Shown piece after piece: positions 22,212 through 30,320 of a stretch of DNA of 64,000 nt; the stretch's first letter is position 1, and the number at the start of each line of letters is the position of its first letter. The position numbers were made by a program, and so were the translations under genes. The notes beneath the pieces were generated by a model. That model was given only the letters and a program-made list of their open reading frames with translations. It ran no database searches and was not told where the DNA came from. Origin of the DNA: Nitrosopumilus sp. (GTDB lineage: Archaea > Thermoproteota > Nitrososphaeria > Nitrososphaerales > Nitrosopumilaceae); assembly GCA_965214775.1 (NCBI GenBank), contig OZ243974.1:1152001-1216000 (forward strand), in the 5' to 3' direction.

Positions 22212-22899
22212 ATGTCTTAAAACGTAACAGGTTCATGCGGGGTTGTTCAAAAAACTTCCCATGGACTGCCATAATCTGCCAGTCTGCCCCCGGATGTATG
22301 TAAATTCAGACGCAGAACGGAACATTTTCGGCCAACCATGCGTAAAAGGCAACGTAAATATCCATGCAGGCTATACCTTACGGTAGTGCTGCGGTCCAAC
22401 AACAGTACGGAATTATGATAAAAATTATACCGTAAGGTTGTAGCACAACACGCGAGCGAACAGCTCAATCGTGATGGATCCGTCCAGCTTTGAGCGCAGG
22501 ACGGATCCAGTCCTTTCCTTCATTGCCGAAAATAGGGCCTCTGCCTGGCTCCTCATGTGATAGGCGCGCCAGAACTCGTCTGGCCTGTAACGTAGCCACT
22601 GCAGCATCCTGGACCGGGCGCCGAACCCGCGTGGCTTTTCATTCCCCTTTGCCGGCTTTATGACAGGTCCGCGACCGCTCTCTGCAATCAACTCGCAGTT
22701 TTTGTACGAGTCGTATGCCGAATCCAGCGCCACGATTCCGTATCCGCCCTCGGGGATGCGGCTCATCATGCCAAGCAAACTCCGGCGAGTCCCCCGATGT
22801 GCCAGGTGTGGCCTCAAATGACAGTATCCTGCCTTCCTACTGCGCCTACTATAACAACGAGCAGAAATAATTGAGGTTTTTTACGTGTAGTTATGACCT

Positions 22900-24192
22900 C
22901 AGCTAAGTGAAAAGTACCCCAGTCAGGCAGAAAATCAAGGAATTTAGACCGTCTTGACAACACTATCAGATGCAAACAGATCAATTAGGGTGCGGCCCCG
23001 TGGTTTTTGTTGAAGCAAAAATCCAGACAGTGCCGCGATCTTGAGAACAACCCGCGCATATATGAACATGTTGCAGATGGCGGAAGGAACATGCTCTCGT
23101 GCGTCAGAATGTTCGGGAAACACAACGCCATATACGGGATCGACGACCTGAACCGCGGCATGATGCGCGGGGCACTCAGTGACGCATCGGTGGGCGGATG
23201 CATCAACGCCACGACGCGTACAAGCGGCGCCGGGCCCTCTGCCAGATGGCACGCCTACAGGATCAAGGCGACCACCCCGGAGGCCGCGCAGGAGGCCTTT
23301 GAGGCGCAGATAAAACGGCAGTGTGAAAGATTAAGCAAGGCCAAAAGGATTCCCAAGAGAGGGCTGACAATAGCAATAGACCTGCACAAGATCTCCCGCT
23401 ATGACAGGAGTCATGACGAGAACCTGTCGCGCCAGAAGAAAAAGGACGGGACCACATACGCCGAGAGGTACATCACTGCCGAGTGCATCGACGACGGGCT
23501 GGGCGTGACACTGGGCGTGCTGCACGTAAAAAGGCTCGATTCCGTGCCTGAATCGGCCGGTTTGATCCTTGACCAGCTTGAAAGGGCAGGAATCAAGGTG
23601 CGCCTTCTGCTGCTTGACCGCGAGTTCTTCTCAGTCGAGGTGATTGCCATGCTGCAGGAGAGGGGAGTAAAGTTCCTGATGCCGTGCAGGAACACGGGCA
23701 ACGTGGTCGCAGCACTCAACGAGTTCGATGACGATAAGAGATCCCGGGTATCCGGAAACATAATCGAGAACAACACGGATTCGGCCACGTACACGATGAT
23801 AATAACGGACAGGAAAAAGTCCGGGGACGACAACAAGCCGGTGGATGCGGCAGAGGACAGGCCGGAGAAAAAGCTCATCGGGTTTGCAACGAACTGTCCC
23901 AAGATCAGGATCGAGCTGTACTCGTCAAGGTGGGGAATCGAGACAGGATACGCCAAGCTAGAGGAGTGCAGGGCCAAGACCCGGACCGTCGATCTGGCCG
24001 CCAGGATGCTGTGCTTTTACTATTCGATGGTACTGTTCAACGAGTGGATAATTATCCGGGCGCTGCTCAGCGAGGGGCCCGGGGTGCAGAATGTCATGAC
24101 GATGCTGGTGTTCAAGGAGTGCATGGGGATCTATATCAGGGAGCCCAAGCCCCCTCCATGACGCAGGATCTGGGGTACTTTTCACTTAGCTG
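22900..24192 (+). mobile_element. ISH3-family (IS4-like) element, complete
   Basis: TIR CAGCTAAGTGAAAAGTACCCCAG; 5-bp TSD GACCT. Confidence 0.9.
23007..24161 (+). CDS. ISH3-family transposase
   Basis: IAIDLH, LLLDREFFS and Y..RWGIETGY motifs. Confidence 0.9.
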   Translation: MLKQKSRQCRDLENNPRIYEHVADGGRNMLSCVRMFGKHNAIYGIDDLNRGMMRGALSDASVGGCINATTRTSGAGPSARWHAYRIKATTPEAAQEAFEAQIKRQCERLSKAKRIPKRGLTIAIDLHKISRYDRSHDENLSRQKKKDGTTYAERYITAECIDDGLGVTLGVLHVKRLDSVPESAGLILDQLERAGIKVRLLLLDREFFSVEVIAMLQERGVKFLMPCRNTGNVVAALNEFDDDKRSRVSGNIIENNTDSATYTMIITDRKKSGDDNKPVDAAEDRPEKKLIGFATNCPKIRIELYSSRWGIETGYAKLEECRAKTRTVDLAARMLCFYYSMVLFNEWIIIRALLSEGPGVQNVMTMLVFKECMGIYIREPKPPP

Positions 24193-24826
24193 GACCTACT
24201 TTGACTCAAAGACTTATGCCCGTTGCTATATGTGCAGCTTTGCAAAGTCGTGTCCCGTCATCTCCCCGTATTTTGCGTGGTGCCAGCTCTTGTACTTGCG
24301 GAGGCCAAACCCCGTCGAGTCACCGTGCAGATCCGCTATGCGCTCGCCGTCTGACATGGCCAGCACGACCTCGTCCATAAAGTCCTTGCCCATGTCCCAG
24401 AGCATCTTTACCCTGTTGTGCAGGGTGGACTTTGAGAGCGTGCAGTCCAGGCCGCACCTCCTGAGATCGTCCGGATTTGTCTCCAAATGTGTGGCCATGG
24501 TCCTGTAGGACAGGTGGTTCTCGATCCTGAGGATCGCGATGCGTATGGCAGACCATGCAAGTTTGGCATCGATTCCTGTCTTGACTGCCATCTTCTTGGC
24601 CACCCTGCGCACGATCTTTCCCAGCTTCTTCCTTACCCTCTTCTTGCGGGGGCTCTCCTGTCTGCGCTTCTGCTCGTAGATACGGTAGTACTCTGTGTTC
24701 TTTCTGTCGTTACTCATTGAAATAGCCAAGATCGGCTGATCAAAATTGTTTTCGGCGGATTACGCCTATGATCTGCAAACCTAGCGGTCATTTTGCGGAA
24801 ATTTTTTTGGACAACCCCCGGTGGGA

Positions 24827-25885
24827 TCTATTGTACGAAAAGTCGGTCCGCCTAGGATCAGGAGGACAATAGCGGACTATTTTAGGCTGTACCGATCACG
24901 AAAAACCATGAAAAAAATACTGACAGAAGAGTCACGGCAGTACCTAGTAAGACAGTGCAAGAAAGGCGTCGCGTCCTCCAAGATAGCAAAGGATCTGAAC
25001 ATCACGGCAAGGCACGTAAGGAGGCTGTGGGCCCGGTTCCAGGCAACAGGTACGACGCGCGTGAAAATGGGCAGGCCGCATGTCCCGGTCACGGCCGCCC
25101 AGATACGTCTGGTGACCGGGACGCACGAGGGCGAACCGACAGGCGTACTGCGCACCGCAGGCAGGCTGAGGCACAATCACAATATAAGCTACCGTGCAGT
25201 ATACCGCATAATGAAGAAGAACGGCCTGGTGATTCCGTCTGCGGCAAAATCAAAAAAGAGGGGATACGTCCGCTTTGAGCGCAAATACTCCAACGCGATG
25301 TGGCATGTGGACTGGCATGAAATGAAGGATCCGCGCCTAAAGGGACTCAACCTAGTCACGTATCTTGACGATGCCTCAAGGTGCATTACGGGGGCCGCAC
25401 TATTTGAGCATGCCACCTCTGAGAACGCCGTAATGACACTCAGGCTGGCGATCGAGAGGTTTGGCACGCCTGCATCCATACTGTCTGACAACGGCTCGTG
25501 CTTTGTAGGACAGAACGGCAGAAAAAAGGCGGCCTCCAAAGGCGGCACCGGCATGGGGACGTGGCAGCCCACGCTCTTTGAGGAGGAGCTGCTTACACGG
25601 GACATCATCCTGATAAACACCAGGCCATATCACCCGCAGACCAACGGCAAGCTGGAGAGGCTCCATCGCACCATCGAGGAGGAGATAGGGCATTATGACG
25701 GCCTGAGGCAGTACGTGGACTATTACAACGAGAGAAGGCTTCACTTTTCACTTGACATTGCCAACTGTGAGACACCGCTTCTGGCGTTTAGAAGCAAGGA
25801 GGCAACGGAAGCGATCAGGAGGAAGGACCCAAAATGGATGGAGAGGGATGCAGATGACTAGCGGACCGACTTTTCATATAATACA
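24827..25885 (+). mobile_element. IS481-family element, complete
   Basis: TIR TCTATTGTACGAAAAGTCGGTCCGC / GCGGACCGACTTTTCATATAATACA; 16-bp flanking duplication ACAACCCCCGGTGGGA. Confidence 0.9.
24908..25861 (+). CDS. IS481 transposase (rve integrase core)
   Basis: WHVDW, DDASR, SDNG and PQTNGKLER motifs. Confidence 0.92.
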   Translation: MKKILTEESRQYLVRQCKKGVASSKIAKDLNITARHVRRLWARFQATGTTRVKMGRPHVPVTAAQIRLVTGTHEGEPTGVLRTAGRLRHNHNISYRAVYRIMKKNGLVIPSAAKSKKRGYVRFERKYSNAMWHVDWHEMKDPRLKGLNLVTYLDDASRCITGAALFEHATSENAVMTLRLAIERFGTPASILSDNGSCFVGQNGRKKAASKGGTGMGTWQPTLFEEELLTRDIILINTRPYHPQTNGKLERLHRTIEEEIGHYDGLRQYVDYYNERRLHFSLDIANCETPLLAFRSKEATEAIRRKDPKWMERDADD

Positions 25886-26065
25886 ACAACCCCCGGTGGG
25901 ACAACACAGTTATTTACAAGCAGGCAGGAGAGAAATATTATGTTAGAGTACAAGGGGCATGTTTTTCAAATTTTACAGTCATTTTACGTGAAACGGTTCG
26001 GACAGCCCTTGCACAAACAAAATACACTACATGCAGCAGAGTACGTAGCACCAGTGTGATGAGAC

Positions 26066-26719
26066 ATGGCAGGGATAGACAAGCTTGCTACACTCTGGAG
26101 TGTGGCTATAGCTGCATCGGCAGTGGGTATCACACTTGCAATGTCGTCTGCCGGGCCCGAACCGGTCGGAGAATCCCCACCGCAGGACTCGAATTCTGTT
26201 GGCGGTATCGCAGTGCAGTCTGCCGGGCCCGAACCGACCAACACGGGCGGCGAGGCCACGGTGCAGTCTGACCTGAGCGATTCGTGGATGGTTCAGGTAC
26301 TTCGGCTTTCTGAGGAATGCATGGCATACGGATATGATGATCTGCGCGACCGGGATCTCTGCATGAAGCGCCATATGTCTGACCTATGCGAGTCATTCGG
26401 ACATGAATGGGATGAGGGGGATGATTCTTGTGATATGAGTAATGCCGAGTCTCAAACGGGGGACTTGGACGACGCGCATGGTAAAATCACTCAGCACATG
26501 CAGTTGCAAAACACTCATTCTGACATGAGAGACGAACTACCACTGTTCATGTCTTTTGTAGACCGGGTATCCAACGAACTGGTGGTCGGCCTAGATCGCA
26601 GTGCCACCGGAACGGCAGAGCAATACGTCAAACTAATACGGCAAATTATAAACAATTCCGACGTCCAGATCCGACTCGTGTCGGGCGGCTTTACCGAGCA
26701 AATGCTCATAGAGGAGTAG
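26066..26719 (+). CDS. Hypothetical secreted or membrane-anchored protein
   Basis: N-terminal hydrophobic helix, duplicated SAGPEP, four Cys; clean ORF after an AT-rich promoter-like region. Confidence 0.7.
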   Translation: MAGIDKLATLWSVAIAASAVGITLAMSSAGPEPVGESPPQDSNSVGGIAVQSAGPEPTNTGGEATVQSDLSDSWMVQVLRLSEECMAYGYDDLRDRDLCMKRHMSDLCESFGHEWDEGDDSCDMSNAESQTGDLDDAHGKITQHMQLQNTHSDMRDELPLFMSFVDRVSNELVVGLDRSATGTAEQYVKLIRQIINNSDVQIRLVSGGFTEQMLIEE

Positions 26720-26956
26720 TACAAAAAGCAAAAAGCATAGGTCTGACTGGGGCCGTATCCTAGCCCATCAGAATTTTTGAAGTATTGGGTTAGGTGTAAG
26801 CGTTTAGGTTGAGCACGAGGCCAATTTTTGATCACCACTTGGATTCACATGTACCAAGACTGCCCCTAGATTCATTGCCTGATTCAAAGACCAAGATACT
26901 GCGCGACAAGCTGGGCCTACGTCACAGCGGAGCTCTACAAGACACGAAGCTCCGTG

Positions 26957-27050
26957 GCTGTCCAAAAAAATTTCCGCGAAATGACCGCTAGGTTATGGAT
27001 CATGGGCGTGCGGCACCGAAAGTGATTTTGATCAGCCGATTTTGTCTATA
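26957..27050 (+). mobile_element. Degenerate left end of the IS5-like element
   Basis: Inverted homology to 24725-24818. Confidence 0.65.
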
Positions 27051-27079
27051 CTGAGGTGATCCGAAATCAGAAGTCGTAC

Positions 27080-27162
27080 TATAGCAACGGGCATAAGCCT
27101 TTGAGTCAAAGTAGGTTATAACTACACGTAAAAAACCTCAATTATTTCTGCTCGTTGTTATA
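27080..27162. mobile_element. ~83-bp IS630-type MITE
   Basis: TIR TATAGCAACGGGCA / TGCTCGTTGTTATA. Confidence 0.85.
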
Positions 27163-27195
27163 CAATACAAACTACTTTTACACAAGGTTTTTTAG

Positions 27196-27858
27196 TTGTC
27201 TGTTGCACTAAAAAAAATGGCAAAACCGCCACTGCTGGCCTCTGTTATTGCATCTGCCGTACTGATGTTTTTGGCGCCTGTCTCCGGATCATCTCTTGGC
27301 GTGTATGCGCAGGATGTCTCACCGCCGGGGAAGGGGCCCGGCGGAAACGATACAAGAACTGCCAGCCTTTGCTCCTCAGAGTCCGAATGCGTGCTAATTG
27401 CAAAGAACCATACGGGCAAGGACTCCAAAATATCCCAGTCGCTGCAACACCTCATCTCTAGGCCAGACATGCGGGGGGATGACCTTACCAGATCGGCGAT
27501 GGATACCGGGGCAATGGACGGTGAAAAGATACCGGTAATCATCCGTATAAAGTCCGGCTCAGAAGGGTTTGCATTTCCAAATGATCTCGGAATAGATGTG
27601 GTCGGAACATCAGGTCTTGGCATACATGCAGACATACCGGCCTCAAGCATACTGCGGCTGGCACAATATGACGAGATAGACCGGATAAGGATGGCGCCTG
27701 CGATGATCGAGGGGCAGACAGACAATCCGGTGACATCAGGCAACGATCTGCAGTTCGTGTGGGACTTGTCATATCTTCTGGTGCTGTTGATCCCCGCTGC
27801 CGTCGTCCTAGCAGTATGGCAAGCTAGAAGGGGAAAAAGGAGGATTGTCACGGCATAG
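27196..27858 (+). CDS. Secreted, C-terminally anchored protein resembling a subtilase prodomain
   Basis: Signal peptide; KISQSLQHL...IPVIIRI...IHADIPASSILRLAQYDEIDRIR; C-terminal TM helix plus RRGKRR. Overlaps the S8 gene. Confidence 0.75.
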   Translation: MSVALKKMAKPPLLASVIASAVLMFLAPVSGSSLGVYAQDVSPPGKGPGGNDTRTASLCSSESECVLIAKNHTGKDSKISQSLQHLISRPDMRGDDLTRSAMDTGAMDGEKIPVIIRIKSGSEGFAFPNDLGIDVVGTSGLGIHADIPASSILRLAQYDEIDRIRMAPAMIEGQTDNPVTSGNDLQFVWDLSYLLVLLIPAAVVLAVWQARRGKRRIVTA

Positions 27859-30184
27859 GCCCGCCATACTGGCATCATCGCTTGCAGCGACACCACTACT
27901 GATGCTGATATTCATGTTGTCACTCGGCCAACTCTATGCCATTGCACATGGCCAGTCCGTGACAAGCCAGGGCGTATACACCGTAGAGTCGCACATAGTA
28001 AACAGTTTGGGAAACAATGGCAGCGGGATCAAGGTGGCAGTGATAGACACCGGGTTTGACGTGGACGACGCGGAGATATCATCTAACATAGCGGAGGCCA
28101 GATCGTTTCGCTCAGACGGCGACATTACGGCGGGGGGACGCACCAATCACGGGACTGCGACCGCGCAGATAGTCGTAGACGTCGCCCCCGGAGCCGAGCT
28201 GTACCTTTACAACGTCGGATCCGTGCCAAACATGATAAGGCTGATCGACTATATCATGGCAAGAGGGGACATTGACATCGTCAGCCTGTCCGTGGCATGG
28301 TGGGGCGTAGGGCCGTATGACGGGACCAGCGAGCTCTCACAAAAGGTGAGCGAGGCGCAGGACAGCGGGATACTGTGGGTATCCTCGGCCGGAAACTTTG
28401 CAGACAGTCACTGGGAGGGCACGTTCTCAGACGCAGACGCAGACGGGTTTCACAACTTTGGAACTATGGATGAGACAATATCGATCCTCGCCGAGGAGGG
28501 CTCCGTGGTGGAGCTGGAGCTCACATGGGACGACGCGTGGGGCCGGTCTGCCAACGACTATGAGCTGCGTCTCTATGACGATAACCTGAACCTGTTGATC
28601 TCCTCCATTACTACACAGGACGGCGATGACGACCCGCTTGAAACAATACAGTACCTTATTGGATCCGACGGCGTATACAACATAGTGATAGAGCGCTATT
28701 CAGGCGAGGCTAGGAACCTAGAGCTGTTCAGCTTTGGACATCCCCTTGCGGAGCACAACGTATCCGGGGGCAGCGTGATAATCCCGGCTGATGCTGCAGG
28801 CTCAGTTGGGGTAGCAGCCGTCGGTCACGACACGGAGCTGCTAAAGTCATACAGCTCGCGCGGACCCACAAACGACGGCAGGACAAAGCCGGACATCGCT
28901 GGGCCGACGGATGTGACCACGAGCGTGTACGACTCCTTTGGAGGCACGTCGGCTGCGGCCCCCCACGTCGCAGGGGTAGCAACTCTGATAAAGTCGGCCA
29001 ACCCGGCATACACACCTGACCAGATCCGGTCGATTCTGGAAGACACCACGAGGAACCACCACGAAAAGAACAACGAGGACGGAACCGGGCTGGCAAACGC
29101 AGTAAACGCCGTGGTCATGTCTGACGGATCAGCAAAGACAATGTCTGACCTACTGGGTATCTATTATGCCAGGATCGATCTGCAGGCCGCATATCCTGAG
29201 GCTGCCTCCGGCGACATGGCCGGGCTGGTCAGGTGGGCCTGGCAGTACGGAATTGTCGACTATCCCAGGGATCCGGCAGGCCCGCATGCCGTCCTGGGCC
29301 CGCACGCGCACACCTACGCACTGCTACATGTTTGGAACCAGAGGTCGGATCTGCAGGCAGCATATCCTGAGGCTGCCTCCGGCTACATGGCTGGGCTGAC
29401 GGTCTGGGCGCGCGACTGGGGAATCACCGATTATCCGGCAGACCCATTCGGCCCGCATGCCGTCCTGGGCCCGCACGCGCACACCTACGCACTGCTCTCC
29501 ATATACGACGCAAGGCCGGATCTGCAGGCCGCATATCCTGAGGCTGCCTCCGGCGACATGGCCGGGCTGGTCAGGTGGGCCTGGCAGTACGGAATTGTCG
29601 ACTATCCCAGGGATCCGGCAGGCCCGCATGCCGTCCTGGGCCCGCACGCGCACACCTACGCATTGTCCATCATCTATGACGCAAGACCAGATCTGAGAGC
29701 CGCATATCCCGATGTCGTGGCAGGCGATCGCGCAGCACTGACTGTCTGGGCGCGCGACTGGGGAATCAACGACTATCCGGATGATCCGGTGGGTCCTGCA
29801 GCGGTTCTGGGCCCGCACGCGCACACCTACGCACTGCTCTCCATATACGACGCAAGACCGGATCTGCAGGCAGCATATCCTGAGGCTGCCTCCGGCGACA
29901 TGGCCGGGCTGACGGTCTGGGCGCGCGACTGGGGAATCAACGACTATCCGGATGATCCGGTGGGTCCTGCAGCGGTTCTGGGCCCGCACGCGCACACCTA
30001 CGCACTGCTCTCCATATACGACGCAAGGCCGGATCTGCAGGCCGCATATCCTGAGGCTGCCTCCGGCGACATGGCCGGGCTGACTGTCTGGGCGCGCGAC
30101 TGGGGAATCAACGACTATCCGGATGATCCGGTGGGTCCTGCAGCGGTTCTGGGCCCGTACGCACACGACTATGGTGATGATTAA
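27845..30184 (+). CDS. Secreted S8 (subtilisin-like) serine protease with PPC-like insert and 6 C-terminal RPDL repeats
   Basis: Catalytic motifs VAVIDTG, NHGT, SAGN, KPDIAGP and GTSAAAPHVAG. Confidence 0.93.
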   Translation: MSRHRPAILASSLAATPLLMLIFMLSLGQLYAIAHGQSVTSQGVYTVESHIVNSLGNNGSGIKVAVIDTGFDVDDAEISSNIAEARSFRSDGDITAGGRTNHGTATAQIVVDVAPGAELYLYNVGSVPNMIRLIDYIMARGDIDIVSLSVAWWGVGPYDGTSELSQKVSEAQDSGILWVSSAGNFADSHWEGTFSDADADGFHNFGTMDETISILAEEGSVVELELTWDDAWGRSANDYELRLYDDNLNLLISSITTQDGDDDPLETIQYLIGSDGVYNIVIERYSGEARNLELFSFGHPLAEHNVSGGSVIIPADAAGSVGVAAVGHDTELLKSYSSRGPTNDGRTKPDIAGPTDVTTSVYDSFGGTSAAAPHVAGVATLIKSANPAYTPDQIRSILEDTTRNHHEKNNEDGTGLANAVNAVVMSDGSAKTMSDLLGIYYARIDLQAAYPEAASGDMAGLVRWAWQYGIVDYPRDPAGPHAVLGPHAHTYALLHVWNQRSDLQAAYPEAASGYMAGLTVWARDWGITDYPADPFGPHAVLGPHAHTYALLSIYDARPDLQAAYPEAASGDMAGLVRWAWQYGIVDYPRDPAGPHAVLGPHAHTYALSIIYDARPDLRAAYPDVVAGDRAALTVWARDWGINDYPDDPVGPAAVLGPHAHTYALLSIYDARPDLQAAYPEAASGDMAGLTVWARDWGINDYPDDPVGPAAVLGPHAHTYALLSIYDARPDLQAAYPEAASGDMAGLTVWARDWGINDYPDDPVGPAAVLGPYAHDYGDD
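29140..30175 (+). repeat. 171-bp tandem coding repeat, 6 more divergent units
   Basis: Same family as the repeats in the two giant proteins. Confidence 0.95.
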
Positions 30185-30200
30185 GAGGCACATGTTATGT

Positions 30201-30320
30201 CAGTCTTCCCAGAAGTGCCACATCGAATCATCCTAGGCTCGAAACAATTCAAATGAGAATGCCTGCAGATCCGCATGTCGTCTACTGCACCACCACAGTC
30301 GGTTACTTTTGGGAATGCTG
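30201..30320. mobile_element. 120-bp CAGTCTTCCC MITE; supplies the stop codon of the giant GT
   Basis: TIR CAGTCTTCCCAGAAGT; homologues at 37583, 46529, 52599 and 55996 (partial). Confidence 0.8.

Larger units (their letters stand above)
22850..24230. mobile_element. ~83-bp TATARCAACG MITE interrupted by ISH3
   Basis: The halves join to match the intact copies at 27080-27162 and 54351-54433. Confidence 0.85.
22239..24818 (-). mobile_element. IS5-like (GGGGTTGT) element disrupted by a nested MITE and an ISH3
   Basis: TIR GGGGTTGTTCAAAAAA / TTTTTTGGACAACCCC; transposase halves at 24226-24729 (GDSTG) and 22425-22817 (LDSAYDS, RSQAEALFS). Confidence 0.85.

Noticed and set aside
9219-30193. Long antisense ORFs (9219-10331, 20589-22043, 29324-30193) and the ORF at 34861-35421
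   Set aside because: These are shadow frames of tandem coding repeats with implausible composition.
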